Source: an uncultured delta proteobacterium
GTDB lineage: Bacteria > Myxococcota > B64-G9
Assembly: GCA_963754925.1 (NCBI GenBank)
Contig: CAVWHX010000004.1
Location: forward strand, 832,001-896,000
Reading direction: 5' to 3'
DNA length: 64,000 nucleotides
This document shows, one piece after another, positions 41,442 to 50,974 of the stretch (within the stretch, counting starts at the first letter, position 1; every line of letters starts with the position of its first letter). The position numbers were made by a program, and so were the translations under genes. The notes below the pieces were generated by a model. The model did not search any database. It worked only from the letters and a program-made list of their open reading frames with translations, and was not told where the DNA came from.

Positions 41442-43238
41442 ATGACCAAGGACCGCACCGCCATACCAGACGAATATATTTGGAAACTCGATGATTTGTA
41501 TCAGTCGCAAGCCGACTGGGAATCTGATTTGACTCGACTGACGACCGTCACCAAGATTTTTGCCGGATTCCGCGGCAACCTTGGGCAGGGTGAAACCTTG
41601 GTTGAATGCTTGATGCTCTACTTCGAATTGAGCAAGCGCTATGCCCGGCTCGAGTCATATGCCGAACGCCTCAGCGATCAGGACGGCCGGGAAGAAAAGG
41701 GCCAGGAGCTCAAGGCCCGAATCCAGCAGGCCGGCACCGAGCTCGATACCGCCACCGCCTGGGTTGGGCCGGAAATTCTGGGGCTTCCGCAGGAGCGACT
41801 GGCCGAACTTTTGGCCGCTTCATCGATGAAAGACTTGCGACACTTTGTCGACAACCTCACCCGCCGGCGCGCTCACATTCGACAGCCTTCCGAAGAAGAG
41901 TTGATCGCCCGAGCCGGCGACCTTGCGGTCGTGCCCGAGGATACCTACCAAATCCTCTCGACTATCAATATGCCCTTTCCCGAGGTCACGCTCAAGAGCG
42001 GCGAGAAGGTGACGCTCACGCAGGCTATGTACACCCGCTACCGCAGCGCGCCGGATCGCGACGAGCGTTTCAATGTCTTCCAAACCTTCTGGAAAGCCTT
42101 ACGGCGTTTCCGCGAGAGTTTTGCCAGGCTGTTGGTCGGAGCGGTGGCGCGCGATCATTTTTATGCCGTCGTGCGTGGATACTCAGGCGATCTCGAAAGC
42201 GCCCTCGACCATACCAATGTCCCAACGGCGCTGTATACCAGTATGATCGAGCAGGTGCGCGCGGGGAGGGAATACCTCTGGCGTTATCTCAGGCTGCGAA
42301 AGCGGCTGCTCGGGCTAGCGCAGCTCGCCTATCACGATTTGTACACGCCGATCGTCCCGGCGGCGAAACCGGTCTATCCGTACGAATCGGCCAAGGAAAT
42401 CTTACTCCAGGCCTTCGCCCCGCTCGGTCCAGACTACGTTGCGATATTAGCCGAAGCCTTTCGCGGTCGCTGGGTGGACGTCTACCCAACCATTGGGAAG
42501 CGATCGGGCGCCTATATGTCTGGCTCGGCCTACGATGTGCACCCCTATCTGCTGCTCAACTACAACGACGATTACGAGAGTCTTTCCACCCTGGCCCACG
42601 AATTCGGTCATGCACTGCATAGCCACCTCAGCAACAGGACCCAGCCCTTTGCCACCGCTCGCTATCCGATCTTCATCGCCGAGATCGCCTCGACGCTTAA
42701 TGAAAACCTCCTGCGCCAGTACCTGCTCGGTAATGTGCTCGATCGCAATCTTCGCTTGTTTATACTTGGCCAGTATCTTGAAAACTTCCGCCAAACGGTC
42801 TTCCGTCAGGCCCTCTTTGCCGAGTTCGAGCTTATGATTCACGACATGGCCAAACAAGGCACGGCGCTCACCGCTACGGTTCTCGACCAAAAGTATCTCA
42901 CTTTGTTACGCGGGTATTACGGCGAAGCGGAAGGGGTAACAACCATTGATCCGCTATATGCAACCGAGTGGGCGTACATCCCGCACTTCTACTACAACTT
43001 TTATATGTTCCAATACACCACCAGCTTTATCGCCGCCACGGCTCTTTCCAACAGCATCTATTCCGGTAACGAGCAGGCGCGATTACGCTACCTCGAAATG
43101 CTCAAGGCCGGGGGCTCGAAATATCCGGTCGAGCTGCTGCAGATCGCCGGTGTCGACCTCAGCAACCCGGCAGTGTACGAAAAAGCGTTCAAGTCGTTCA
43201 ATCAGGCCCTGGACGAAATCGAGTCGTTATGCAAATAA
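41442..43238 (+). CDS. pepF: Oligoendopeptidase F (M3B)
   Basis: WKLDDLY, GKRSGAY, TLAHEFGH, AEIAST, IPHFYYNFY. Confidence 0.96.
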   Translation: MTKDRTAIPDEYIWKLDDLYQSQADWESDLTRLTTVTKIFAGFRGNLGQGETLVECLMLYFELSKRYARLESYAERLSDQDGREEKGQELKARIQQAGTELDTATAWVGPEILGLPQERLAELLAASSMKDLRHFVDNLTRRRAHIRQPSEEELIARAGDLAVVPEDTYQILSTINMPFPEVTLKSGEKVTLTQAMYTRYRSAPDRDERFNVFQTFWKALRRFRESFARLLVGAVARDHFYAVVRGYSGDLESALDHTNVPTALYTSMIEQVRAGREYLWRYLRLRKRLLGLAQLAYHDLYTPIVPAAKPVYPYESAKEILLQAFAPLGPDYVAILAEAFRGRWVDVYPTIGKRSGAYMSGSAYDVHPYLLLNYNDDYESLSTLAHEFGHALHSHLSNRTQPFATARYPIFIAEIASTLNENLLRQYLLGNVLDRNLRLFILGQYLENFRQTVFRQALFAEFELMIHDMAKQGTALTATVLDQKYLTLLRGYYGEAEGVTTIDPLYATEWAYIPHFYYNFYMFQYTTSFIAATALSNSIYSGNEQARLRYLEMLKAGGSKYPVELLQIAGVDLSNPAVYEKAFKSFNQALDEIESLCK

Positions 43239-43265
43239 CGCGGGCGCTGAAGCTCTTCTCGCTGT

Positions 43266-44438
43266 TTACCACGCATAGAGCATTGCAACAGCGAGCGTGT
43301 CCTGGCTCTTCATGGCGTTAAAAGTCGCCTTTGACGACCAGTCATGCCGATATTCGGGCCGAAGCGTAAAATTCGCGGGCAGCCGGAATTCCGGGGTTAT
43401 GGTGAATTCTTCCATATTCTGGGCGACGGTGGTTCGGTAGCCGTCCCGGTCGTTGAAGTATTCGATTCGTCCGGCCAACCCAAACCAGGAGAGGAAGTCG
43501 TACTTCGCAATCAGATCAGCCCCGCTCCAGGTGCCCGTCGTGGGCAGATGCTGGGAATTCCCTGTTGGCATGGTTTCATGCCCGTAATCGACGTTGATGA
43601 CGAAAGTCAAGGCGGTGGTGGGTTTGACCGTAAGGACTGCATCAAAGAGATATCGCCAGTCCTGGTCGTTGTTGGTCTGCTCCGGTCCGGCAAGGAGATT
43701 CAACAGGAGCGTCACCTCCTGCGTCGGAGCGATGCCTACGCTGGCGCCGTACGTTTTGGCACGGTTGTTATCCAGGGCATTGTCCCACCCGTTGAGCACA
43801 TAGGCGCTAAGCGTAACCGTGTTCGCCACCGTATACGACAGCATCAGGCCGGTATGGGTGATGGGAATCGCGTACGTGAACAGGTAGGAAAAGGAATAAT
43901 TGAGATTATCCTTGGCTTCCAATACCTCAGCGCCCGTGAAGGTCACAAACTTTCCCGCTTGAATAGTCAGTCCGGACCCCAGCGGGGCCACATAATCGAT
44001 GTACGCCTCGGTCAAATCGAAGGGCACATCGGTGGTGCTTGCGCCGAGACCATTGGAGTGGATGAGCTCCGCTATAGTGCCGGCCGAGAGTTTAAGCTTG
44101 AAGCCGACTTCGCCTACGTTGGGCTTATGCGACAATACCAGTTCCGCCAGGTCTGGTGAGAAGCTGTTTGTTCTGTGATCGAAAACCCTATTTCCGTTTT
44201 CCTGACCTTTGGGATTGGCAACATTATAGAGATAACTTCCTTCTAAGACCACGCCGAGACCCAGATAATCCTTTATCCCGGCGAGCGTAAGCGGTGGGGA
44301 TTGATCAATCGCCGCTTTAACGTCGGACCCGGTGGGTAGGGGTTCGGTTGTTGATGGGGCTTGTGGCTCATCGGCCATGGCAGGATCAACCCACGCCAGC
44401 GCCATCATAATTGGAATGAGGACAATGCGACGGTTCAT
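43266..44438 (-). CDS. Putative outer-membrane beta-barrel porin
   Basis: Signal peptide; AGKFVTFTGAE..NYSFSYLF..PITHTG..NGWD..RPEYRHD; aromatic C-terminus. Confidence 0.8.
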   Translation of the reverse strand: MNRRIVLIPIMMALAWVDPAMADEPQAPSTTEPLPTGSDVKAAIDQSPPLTLAGIKDYLGLGVVLEGSYLYNVANPKGQENGNRVFDHRTNSFSPDLAELVLSHKPNVGEVGFKLKLSAGTIAELIHSNGLGASTTDVPFDLTEAYIDYVAPLGSGLTIQAGKFVTFTGAEVLEAKDNLNYSFSYLFTYAIPITHTGLMLSYTVANTVTLSAYVLNGWDNALDNNRAKTYGASVGIAPTQEVTLLLNLLAGPEQTNNDQDWRYLFDAVLTVKPTTALTFVINVDYGHETMPTGNSQHLPTTGTWSGADLIAKYDFLSWFGLAGRIEYFNDRDGYRTTVAQNMEEFTITPEFRLPANFTLRPEYRHDWSSKATFNAMKSQDTLAVAMLYAW

Positions 44439-44518
44439 TTCTCGAGCTCCTTTCTCGATGCTATATGGCGTTTGATAGATAGCAGCACTCCTTTGGTAAC
44501 AGATACGGCCGCCGGAGG

Positions 44519-44851
44519 TTAGATCGTTTGGTCTTCAGCGCCGCCGGCGTGGATCTCATAGGCGCGGGGAATATCGTAGACGAATATCTTGCCGTCGCCG
44601 CTTTTTCCCGTCTTTGCCGCGGAGGCGACAGTGGTTTTGATCTGCTCGACATTTTTGTCCTTTGTCGTGATTTCAATTTTGGTCATTAATGTGACCTGGT
44701 ACGGGCCGCCCCGCTGTTGCCGCCCGGTACTTTTTTGTCCTTCATGTCCTTTCACTTCGTATACTACAATGTCGGAACATTCGGTCTTTTCAATTGCGGT
44801 GAGGACCTCGTCGAGCTTTCCCGGCCGAATTATTGCTTCGATAGTTTTCAT
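44519..44851 (-). CDS. P-II family nitrogen regulator (divergent)
   Basis: MKTIEAIIRPGKLDEV...TGKSGDGKIFV; RBS AGGAGG. Confidence 0.9.
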   Translation of the reverse strand: MKTIEAIIRPGKLDEVLTAIEKTECSDIVVYEVKGHEGQKSTGRQQRGGPYQVTLMTKIEITTKDKNVEQIKTTVASAAKTGKSGDGKIFVYDIPRAYEIHAGGAEDQTI

Positions 44852-44969
44852 ACCTGTGTCTCCTCCTTTTCACTTGTGCCTATTTTGGGCAAGGCATTGC
44901 CGCCGCCACTTAAAAATCCATTTCTTTTTAGTAGCCTTTCCGTACAGCTCGAAAGATGTCGCAATATTT

Positions 44970-44986
44970 AGCAATAACCATGCCGA
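44970..44986 (-). promoter_or_regulatory. sigma54 (-24/-12) promoter upstream of P-II/porin
   Basis: Minus strand TCGGCATGGTTATTGCT = GG-N10-GC with GGCA and TTGC cores. Confidence 0.7.
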
Positions 44987-45491
44987 AATCGGAGGCAACT
45001 ACAACAAACAACGTTCAGACGAGAAAATTTTAATACGGAGGTGAAGAAATAATAGGAGGAAATGTTGTAATAAAATACGGTTCAACAAGGTGGGTATAAA
45101 GACATCTCCCCCACCTTTCTACGCATTACCGTGAGCGAACCGCGAAGCATTCCCCTGTGCTCCGCTATCATCTTGAGAATCGGATGCAGCACGGTTATGT
45201 TATGCCAAAACCCAACACTCGATCCTACATAAATGTAGTTTTTAGGAATTACCCTTCGCAAACGTAGGAACTCATTAACTGCCATTTCAGTAAAAAATCG
45301 CAACTAGGGCTGATCGTGCGCGTGGTAGACAGCGGCTATATGGATTACCTTAAAAGAGATTAAAGTGGGGTTCTATGACGCTAACGAAGTCATCATTGAT
45401 TCCAAGCTCGCCTCATTAACAGGGCTTGCGCTGCCGCCGCCTCCGAATCTCGCATGGGATAGGCCGGTGAGTCCCTAGGGTCAGGCCATCG

Positions 45492-47060
45492 TTATGGATC
45501 TGATTCCACCTCTTCGATCGAGATCTTCAAGCCGGAAATAAAAGCCGCCTCGAAGTGGGCCTGGCCCTCCTCGAATTGCAGCGGTTGCAGGCCGAGCCGA
45601 ATACGGGTGGGCCCAACCTGGTCGAGTCCCAGCGCGGCATCGAGCGGCCGCCACTCGCCTACCCACACTTCCGTCCACATATGACCGACAAAGGCGCGAT
45701 CGGTGTAAACCACCCCAATCGGGCAGCGCGCCGGAATACCCGCGGCTCGCTCCAAGGCGGCCAACAGCACCGAATATTCAGTACAATCACCGGTGCCTGA
45801 GCGCAGCGCTTCCTTGGCCGAAGCAAACACCGTGCCCATGCTGCCTTTAATTTTATCGCTAACGGCGGCCCGCAACGCCGTCGCCGCGCTCCAGGCGTCT
45901 TTGGCCCCGCGGGTGACTTCTGACGCCAAAGCGCGGATCTCCGGATCGTCGCTTTGAACATAACTGGTCGGCAGGAGCATTTGCTGAAGCGCAGCTCGCT
46001 CGTCCCGGGCCTGCGGCAGGGGCGGGGGAAAGGGCAGGGAGGCCGGCGGATCAAGCCGCCGTACTTCAATCTCAAAGGCGCCGGCGCCAGGTTGTTTCAT
46101 CACCGATTGACCCGGTCCTATAAGGCGCGCTGCGTCAACGTCCTGCAGACCCTCGAGTCGATAGCGCACCCGTCGAACGTTCTCTGACTTTGGCAATGCA
46201 CGATCAACCGGAATAGACATAAGGGGGGTTATATCCGGCGCCTCTTCGAATCCCGAGTCTTCAGGCGGACCCGCCAGGCGCTCGATCACGATCTTCATGT
46301 TTCCGATCGTCGATTCTCCACGTACGATTTGGTATTTCTCGTCAATGAGAACTCGCTTGACCATACCGGTTTCGGCGTCGCTACGGCCTTCAAGAACGAA
46401 CTGCGCGGGCGGACCAACACGGACTTCAAGCACCTTGAGATGGATATTGGTATAATCTCCAATGATGGAATTGTAACCGCGGTAGGACAACTCCTCGCCC
46501 AACACGGGTGGACGACGAGCAAAAAGTATTTCCACATCACGATTTTCATCCAGAGCTTCAGGTTCAAACAGCACCCGCTTGACATCGGTTCCCCCGATAC
46601 CTCGAACGGTTACCCACTCAGACCCTATCCTTCCCGCGTGGGTCATCTGCCCTTCAGAACCTAACTGCTGATCGCGTTGTTCGTACCGGATCAGACGACC
46701 GTCATCGTCAGAGAGCGTTCGCGTCTTTTGCAACAGCTCAAAGCGCGCTCCTCCTCGGCGCGCCACAAGACGCATCTCAAACTCCACGAGCCAGCGTTTT
46801 GCCCCACCTGCCTCATACCGGCTCGTGCGTACATGCACGGTCCCGGCCGGTTGCGAAAGCAGCTTAAGCGAGTACCACGCATCGCTTTCTTGCTGGCCTT
46901 CACCGTTCGGAAACGCCTCAAATCCTGCACACGCCTCCCCGCACGGAACATCGGCCGCACTTGGCGTCGGCCCGACATATTTCGAACGCCAGATGAGAAA
47001 CGCTACGACGAAGAATGCAGCAACGGTAACAATAGTAATTACGCGATTGCGCCAGGACAT
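45492..47060 (-). CDS. Membrane-anchored transglutaminase-like domain protein
   Basis: N-terminal TM; GDCTEY..GIPAR..HMWTEV..LD (Cys-His-Asp triad). Confidence 0.85.
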   Translation of the reverse strand: MSWRNRVITIVTVAAFFVVAFLIWRSKYVGPTPSAADVPCGEACAGFEAFPNGEGQQESDAWYSLKLLSQPAGTVHVRTSRYEAGGAKRWLVEFEMRLVARRGGARFELLQKTRTLSDDDGRLIRYEQRDQQLGSEGQMTHAGRIGSEWVTVRGIGGTDVKRVLFEPEALDENRDVEILFARRPPVLGEELSYRGYNSIIGDYTNIHLKVLEVRVGPPAQFVLEGRSDAETGMVKRVLIDEKYQIVRGESTIGNMKIVIERLAGPPEDSGFEEAPDITPLMSIPVDRALPKSENVRRVRYRLEGLQDVDAARLIGPGQSVMKQPGAGAFEIEVRRLDPPASLPFPPPLPQARDERAALQQMLLPTSYVQSDDPEIRALASEVTRGAKDAWSAATALRAAVSDKIKGSMGTVFASAKEALRSGTGDCTEYSVLLAALERAAGIPARCPIGVVYTDRAFVGHMWTEVWVGEWRPLDAALGLDQVGPTRIRLGLQPLQFEEGQAHFEAAFISGLKISIEEVESDP

Positions 47061-47103
47061 GAAAGTACCCATCAATAGGAGTGATGCGATGGGTGGGGTA
47101 GGA

Positions 47104-48573
47104 TCATTTTTCTAATTTTTTCTTTAGCAGTTCATTAACCAGCTTGGGATCGCCCTTGCCGTTGGTTTCCTTCATAACTTGGCCGACAAAGAAACCTATC
47201 AGGTTCTTCTTGCCCGAACGGTATTTTTCCACCTCGGCCGGGTTTCCGGCCATTACTCGATCAATGATGGCTTCGAGCGTGCCGGTGTCACTCACCTGGC
47301 GCAAGCCTTTCTCGGTTATGGCTTGCTCGAGTGCTTTAATCACAGTCAGATTACCAGAAGCTTTTGAACGAGCAGTTGCAGTTCCAGCCAAGTCGATAAA
47401 ATTCTCTTTGGCTGTCGTACCGGATATGAACCCCTGTTCAACGAGACTGATAAAGCTTGCAAGAACCTCGTGCAGTTCCGGAAAGCTGGCAAGTACTCCC
47501 TCGGGCAGGTTGTTGATAATCCAATTGGCGGCTTTCTTCGCCGGCACTTTAACACCAACGCATTGTTCGAAAAGATCGGCGACCGCGAGGTCGGAAACCA
47601 AAACTCCGGCGTCATAGGTCGAAAGGCCGTACTCGCTGCAAAACCGCATCTGGCGTTCGCGCGGTAGCTCCGGCAGCCGGGCGCGCTCACGATCGATCCA
47701 ATCGGCGTCCACGAACACGGGAGGCAAGTCCGGCTCGGGAAAGTAACGATAGTCATGCGCCTCTTCCTTGGAACGCATCCCGACCGTCACACCTTTGGCG
47801 CTGTCAAACAATCGTGTCTCCTGTACAACTCTCTCCCCGGCCTCTAACAATTTCGCTTGCCGTTCTATCTCGTACTGGAGCGCTTGGCGGATGAAGCGGA
47901 ACGAATTCATGTTCTTGAGCTCAACTTTGGCGCCAAACTTCTCCGCCCCACGCCGGCGCAGGCTCAGGTTGGCGTCGCAGCGGAAGGAACCTTCCTCCAT
48001 ATTTCCGTCGCACACGCCGATGGCCATCAGCACGGCCCGCAGCGCCTTGAGATATGCCCCGGCTTCTTCGGGGCTGCGCATATCGGGTTCACTGACGATT
48101 TCGATCAGCGGCACCCCGCAGCGATTGAAATCAACCAGCGAGAGGTCGGCTCCTTCCACGTGCTGGTTCTTACCGGCGTCCTCCTCCACGTGAATGCGGG
48201 TGATGCCGATTGTTTTCTCCCCCGTCGGTAAATCGATGACCAGCTTCCCGTGTTCGGCCAGCGGTTGGTCGTATTGTGTTATCTGGTAGCCTTTGGACAG
48301 ATCGGGGTAGAAGTAATTCTTGCGAGCCCAAATGCTGCGGGGATTGATAGTGCAGGTGGTCGCAAGCGCCGCGCGTACGGCGAAGGAGATCACCTCGCGA
48401 TTGGCTACTGGCAAAACCCCCGGCATGCCGAGACATATTGCGCACGTCTGCGAGTTGGGCGGCGCTCCAAAGGTCGTGGAGCAACCGCAGAAGATCTTCG
48501 ATTTAGTCAAGAGCTGGGCGTGCACCTCAAGGCCAATTATCGGCTCATAATCAGTATTGCTTTTTACTGGCAT
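47104..48573 (-). CDS. gatB: Asp/Glu-tRNA amidotransferase subunit B
   Basis: IGLEVHAQL, RKNYFYPD, EEDAGK, YRYFPEPDL, GFFVGQVMK. Confidence 0.98.
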   Translation of the reverse strand: MPVKSNTDYEPIIGLEVHAQLLTKSKIFCGCSTTFGAPPNSQTCAICLGMPGVLPVANREVISFAVRAALATTCTINPRSIWARKNYFYPDLSKGYQITQYDQPLAEHGKLVIDLPTGEKTIGITRIHVEEDAGKNQHVEGADLSLVDFNRCGVPLIEIVSEPDMRSPEEAGAYLKALRAVLMAIGVCDGNMEEGSFRCDANLSLRRRGAEKFGAKVELKNMNSFRFIRQALQYEIERQAKLLEAGERVVQETRLFDSAKGVTVGMRSKEEAHDYRYFPEPDLPPVFVDADWIDRERARLPELPRERQMRFCSEYGLSTYDAGVLVSDLAVADLFEQCVGVKVPAKKAANWIINNLPEGVLASFPELHEVLASFISLVEQGFISGTTAKENFIDLAGTATARSKASGNLTVIKALEQAITEKGLRQVSDTGTLEAIIDRVMAGNPAEVEKYRSGKKNLIGFFVGQVMKETNGKGDPKLVNELLKKKLEK

Positions 48574-48591
48574 AGTTTAATCCAATGTTTC

Positions 48592-48676
48592 GCCGGGTCC
48601 TGTCGCCTCCCATCCCCCCGCTGGTGCTCATTTCATTCCGCGCCATCGGGGGGCCCCCTGCTCGGCGCCACCCGGC
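48592..48676. repeat. GC-rich nested-stem repeat, family A, copy 2
   Basis: GCCGGGTCCTGTCGCC...GGGGGGCCCCCTGCTCGGCGCCACCCGGC, between gatA and gatB. Confidence 0.88.
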
Positions 48677-48695
48677 TTTCAAGGTTACTATTTCA

Positions 48696-50156
48696 TTAAC
48701 CAACAGCTCTTCTCTTACACCAATCGTGTTCTCGCTCGTACGCCCGCGCCACCCGTAGCAGCGTCGCCTCGTCAAAGGGTTTACCCAGAAGTTGCAACCC
48801 GACCGGCAAGCCGGCCGCGGTGAAGCCGCAGGGCAGCGATAAACCCGGCAGCCCGGCAAGGTTGCAGGGCACGGTGTAAACATCGGCCAAATACATGGCC
48901 AGGGGGTCAGCAGATTTCTCGCCCAAGCGAAACGGGGGAATCGGCGAGGTCGGGCACAGGAGCGCGTCAACCTGTTTGAAGACCTGCTCGAATTCCCGAC
49001 GAATAACGGTCCGCACCTGCATAGCCTTGCGGTAGTAAGCCTCGTAGTAGCCGGCCGAGAGCACATAGGTGCCGAGCAAAATCCGGCGCCTGACCTCCCG
49101 CCCAAAGCCCTTTTTGCGCGTGTTCTGGTACATCGACAGCAATCCGCCGTCTTCGCCCTCGCGCAATCCGTAGCGCACCCCATCGTAGCGCGCGAGATTC
49201 GAGGAAGCTTCGGCCGGAGCGACGATGTAGTACGCCGCTACGGCATATTCGGTGGAAGGCAGCGATACCGGCACCACGACCGCCCCAAGTTTTTCGTACT
49301 CGGCAATGGCCGCCCGCACCAACCGCTCGATCTCCGGGTCGAGGCCCAACCCAAAGTATTGCTCGGGAACGCCCAGACGCATGCCGCGCACGCCGTTTTC
49401 GAGCGTTGCGAGATAATCAGGCACCGGGAGTGAAGCCGAGGTAGCGTCACTCGGGTCGTGTCCCGCCAGGATGCCGAGCAGTAGGGCGCAGTCACGCACG
49501 TCATGGGCGATCGGTCCGACTTGGTCCAGCGAGCTCGCAAACGCGATTACCCCGAAGCGGCTGACCCGACCGTAGGTCGGTTTGATCCCGGTCGTTCCAC
49601 AAAACGCAGACGGCTGGCGTATGCTGCCACCGGTGTCGGTGCCGAGCGCGGCGAGGCACATCCCGGCCGCCACCGCGGCGGCCGACCCCCCGCTCGATCC
49701 GCCCGGCACATAGTCACGGTTCCAGGGGTTCCGCACCGGCCCGTACGCCGAATTTTCGGTTGAAGAACCCATGGCGAATTCGTCCATATTGAGTTTGCCG
49801 ACAAAGGCCGCGCCGGCTTCCCGCAAGCGCACCACCGTCGTTGCATCGTAGGTCGGGATGAAACCGTCCAGGATGCGCGAGGCGCAGGTAGTTAGCACCC
49901 CGCGGGTGAGGAAAATATCCTTCAGACCGATCGGCAACCCGCTCAGGAGACCTGCGTCCCCGCCCTTGCTTCGCAGGGTATCCGCACGCTTGGCGATCAT
50001 GCGGGACTCGTCTGCAGTGCGGGTAATGAACGCATTAAGATTCTGATCATGTTGGTCGACGCGCTTCAGACAACTATCGACCACGTCGCGAGCGGACAAC
50101 CGCTTGGCGCGAATTTCGTCAAGAGCTTCGTGCAGCGTTAGATCGCAAGCTTCCAC
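48696..50156 (-). CDS. gatA: Asp/Glu-tRNA amidotransferase subunit A
   Basis: [38 protein letters not shown]. Confidence 0.98.
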   Translation of the reverse strand: MEACDLTLHEALDEIRAKRLSARDVVDSCLKRVDQHDQNLNAFITRTADESRMIAKRADTLRSKGGDAGLLSGLPIGLKDIFLTRGVLTTCASRILDGFIPTYDATTVVRLREAGAAFVGKLNMDEFAMGSSTENSAYGPVRNPWNRDYVPGGSSGGSAAAVAAGMCLAALGTDTGGSIRQPSAFCGTTGIKPTYGRVSRFGVIAFASSLDQVGPIAHDVRDCALLLGILAGHDPSDATSASLPVPDYLATLENGVRGMRLGVPEQYFGLGLDPEIERLVRAAIAEYEKLGAVVVPVSLPSTEYAVAAYYIVAPAEASSNLARYDGVRYGLREGEDGGLLSMYQNTRKKGFGREVRRRILLGTYVLSAGYYEAYYRKAMQVRTVIRREFEQVFKQVDALLCPTSPIPPFRLGEKSADPLAMYLADVYTVPCNLAGLPGLSLPCGFTAAGLPVGLQLLGKPFDEATLLRVARAYEREHDWCKRRAVG

Positions 50157-50196
50157 GTATCACCCCATAGAACTATTCGTACTCTCTCAAACATAT

Positions 50197-50285
50197 GCGC
50201 CGGGGCCTGCCGCCTTGCATCCCCCGGCGGTGCTCGCATTCGCTGTGCTCCGGCGGGGGGCCCCCTGCTCGGCGTCACCCGGCGC
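50197..50285. repeat. GC-rich nested-stem repeat, family A, copy 3
   Basis: GCGCCGGGGCCTGCCGCCTTGCATCCCCCGGCGGTGC...GGGGGGCCCCCTGCTCGGCGTCACCCGGCGC, between gatC and gatA. Confidence 0.88.
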
Positions 50286-50340
50286 TCGCTAATACTACTA
50301 TCCAAAAGTGCATGGTCACGTATCCAAGTCAAAGTTAACA

Positions 50341-50640
50341 CTATTCCTCGATTATGCGCGGAACTGCCACCAGATCGTCCTTCTGTCGAGGGGCGTTTTG
50401 CAACGCTTCACGCGGCGCCAGAGAGGGTTGGACTTCGTCCGCCCGAAAAGCGTTGACCAAATCGATCAACTGCGAGGTCGGTTCGATGCCTTTGGTATCG
50501 AGCGCTGAAAGCTTTTCCATATACCCCAAGATGGCACCGAGTTCATTGAGGAACTCGGCGCGCTGGCGCTCGTCAACCTCTAGACGCGCAAGCAAGGCAA
50601 TATGCGCAATCTGCGCCTCGTTGAGCTTTTCTGAGCTCAC
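50341..50640 (-). CDS. gatC: Asp/Glu-tRNA amidotransferase subunit C
   Basis: HIALLARL..IEPT..RAD..NAP..VPRII; upstream of gatA. Confidence 0.95.
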   Translation of the reverse strand: MSSEKLNEAQIAHIALLARLEVDERQRAEFLNELGAILGYMEKLSALDTKGIEPTSQLIDLVNAFRADEVQPSLAPREALQNAPRQKDDLVAVPRIIEE

Positions 50641-50951
50641 AATTTTACCTCGAACGCTTTACGCATGACATCGAAGAAGCCTCGTTCATGACCAGTGATT
50701 TTCTCAAGTTCGCCATCGTCAAGATAGAGGCCATTACAGGCAAAACACTTGTCGACCTGCACACTGTTGATGGTAATCTCTTCTAATTTCATTCCGCACT
50801 TGGGACAACGCATCCAATGCAACTCTTTAAGCTTCTTGCGCTCTTCCTCGACCATCTCGTCTCTCGCTTTGATCGCGAGCTTGCGCAGTTTGAGCGCCTC
50901 TTGTTTGAGAAAGTACTCTTCTTCCTGGTTGGTTGGTTTCTGCGATGACAT
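50637..50951 (-). CDS. zf-TFIIB-like zinc-ribbon protein
   Basis: EEEYF, MRCPKCG...VDKCFACNGLYLDDGELE. Confidence 0.85.
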   Translation of the reverse strand: MSSQKPTNQEEEYFLKQEALKLRKLAIKARDEMVEEERKKLKELHWMRCPKCGMKLEEITINSVQVDKCFACNGLYLDDGELEKITGHERGFFDVMRKAFEVKL

Positions 50952-50974
50952 AGATCCTCCATGTGCGTGCGGGG

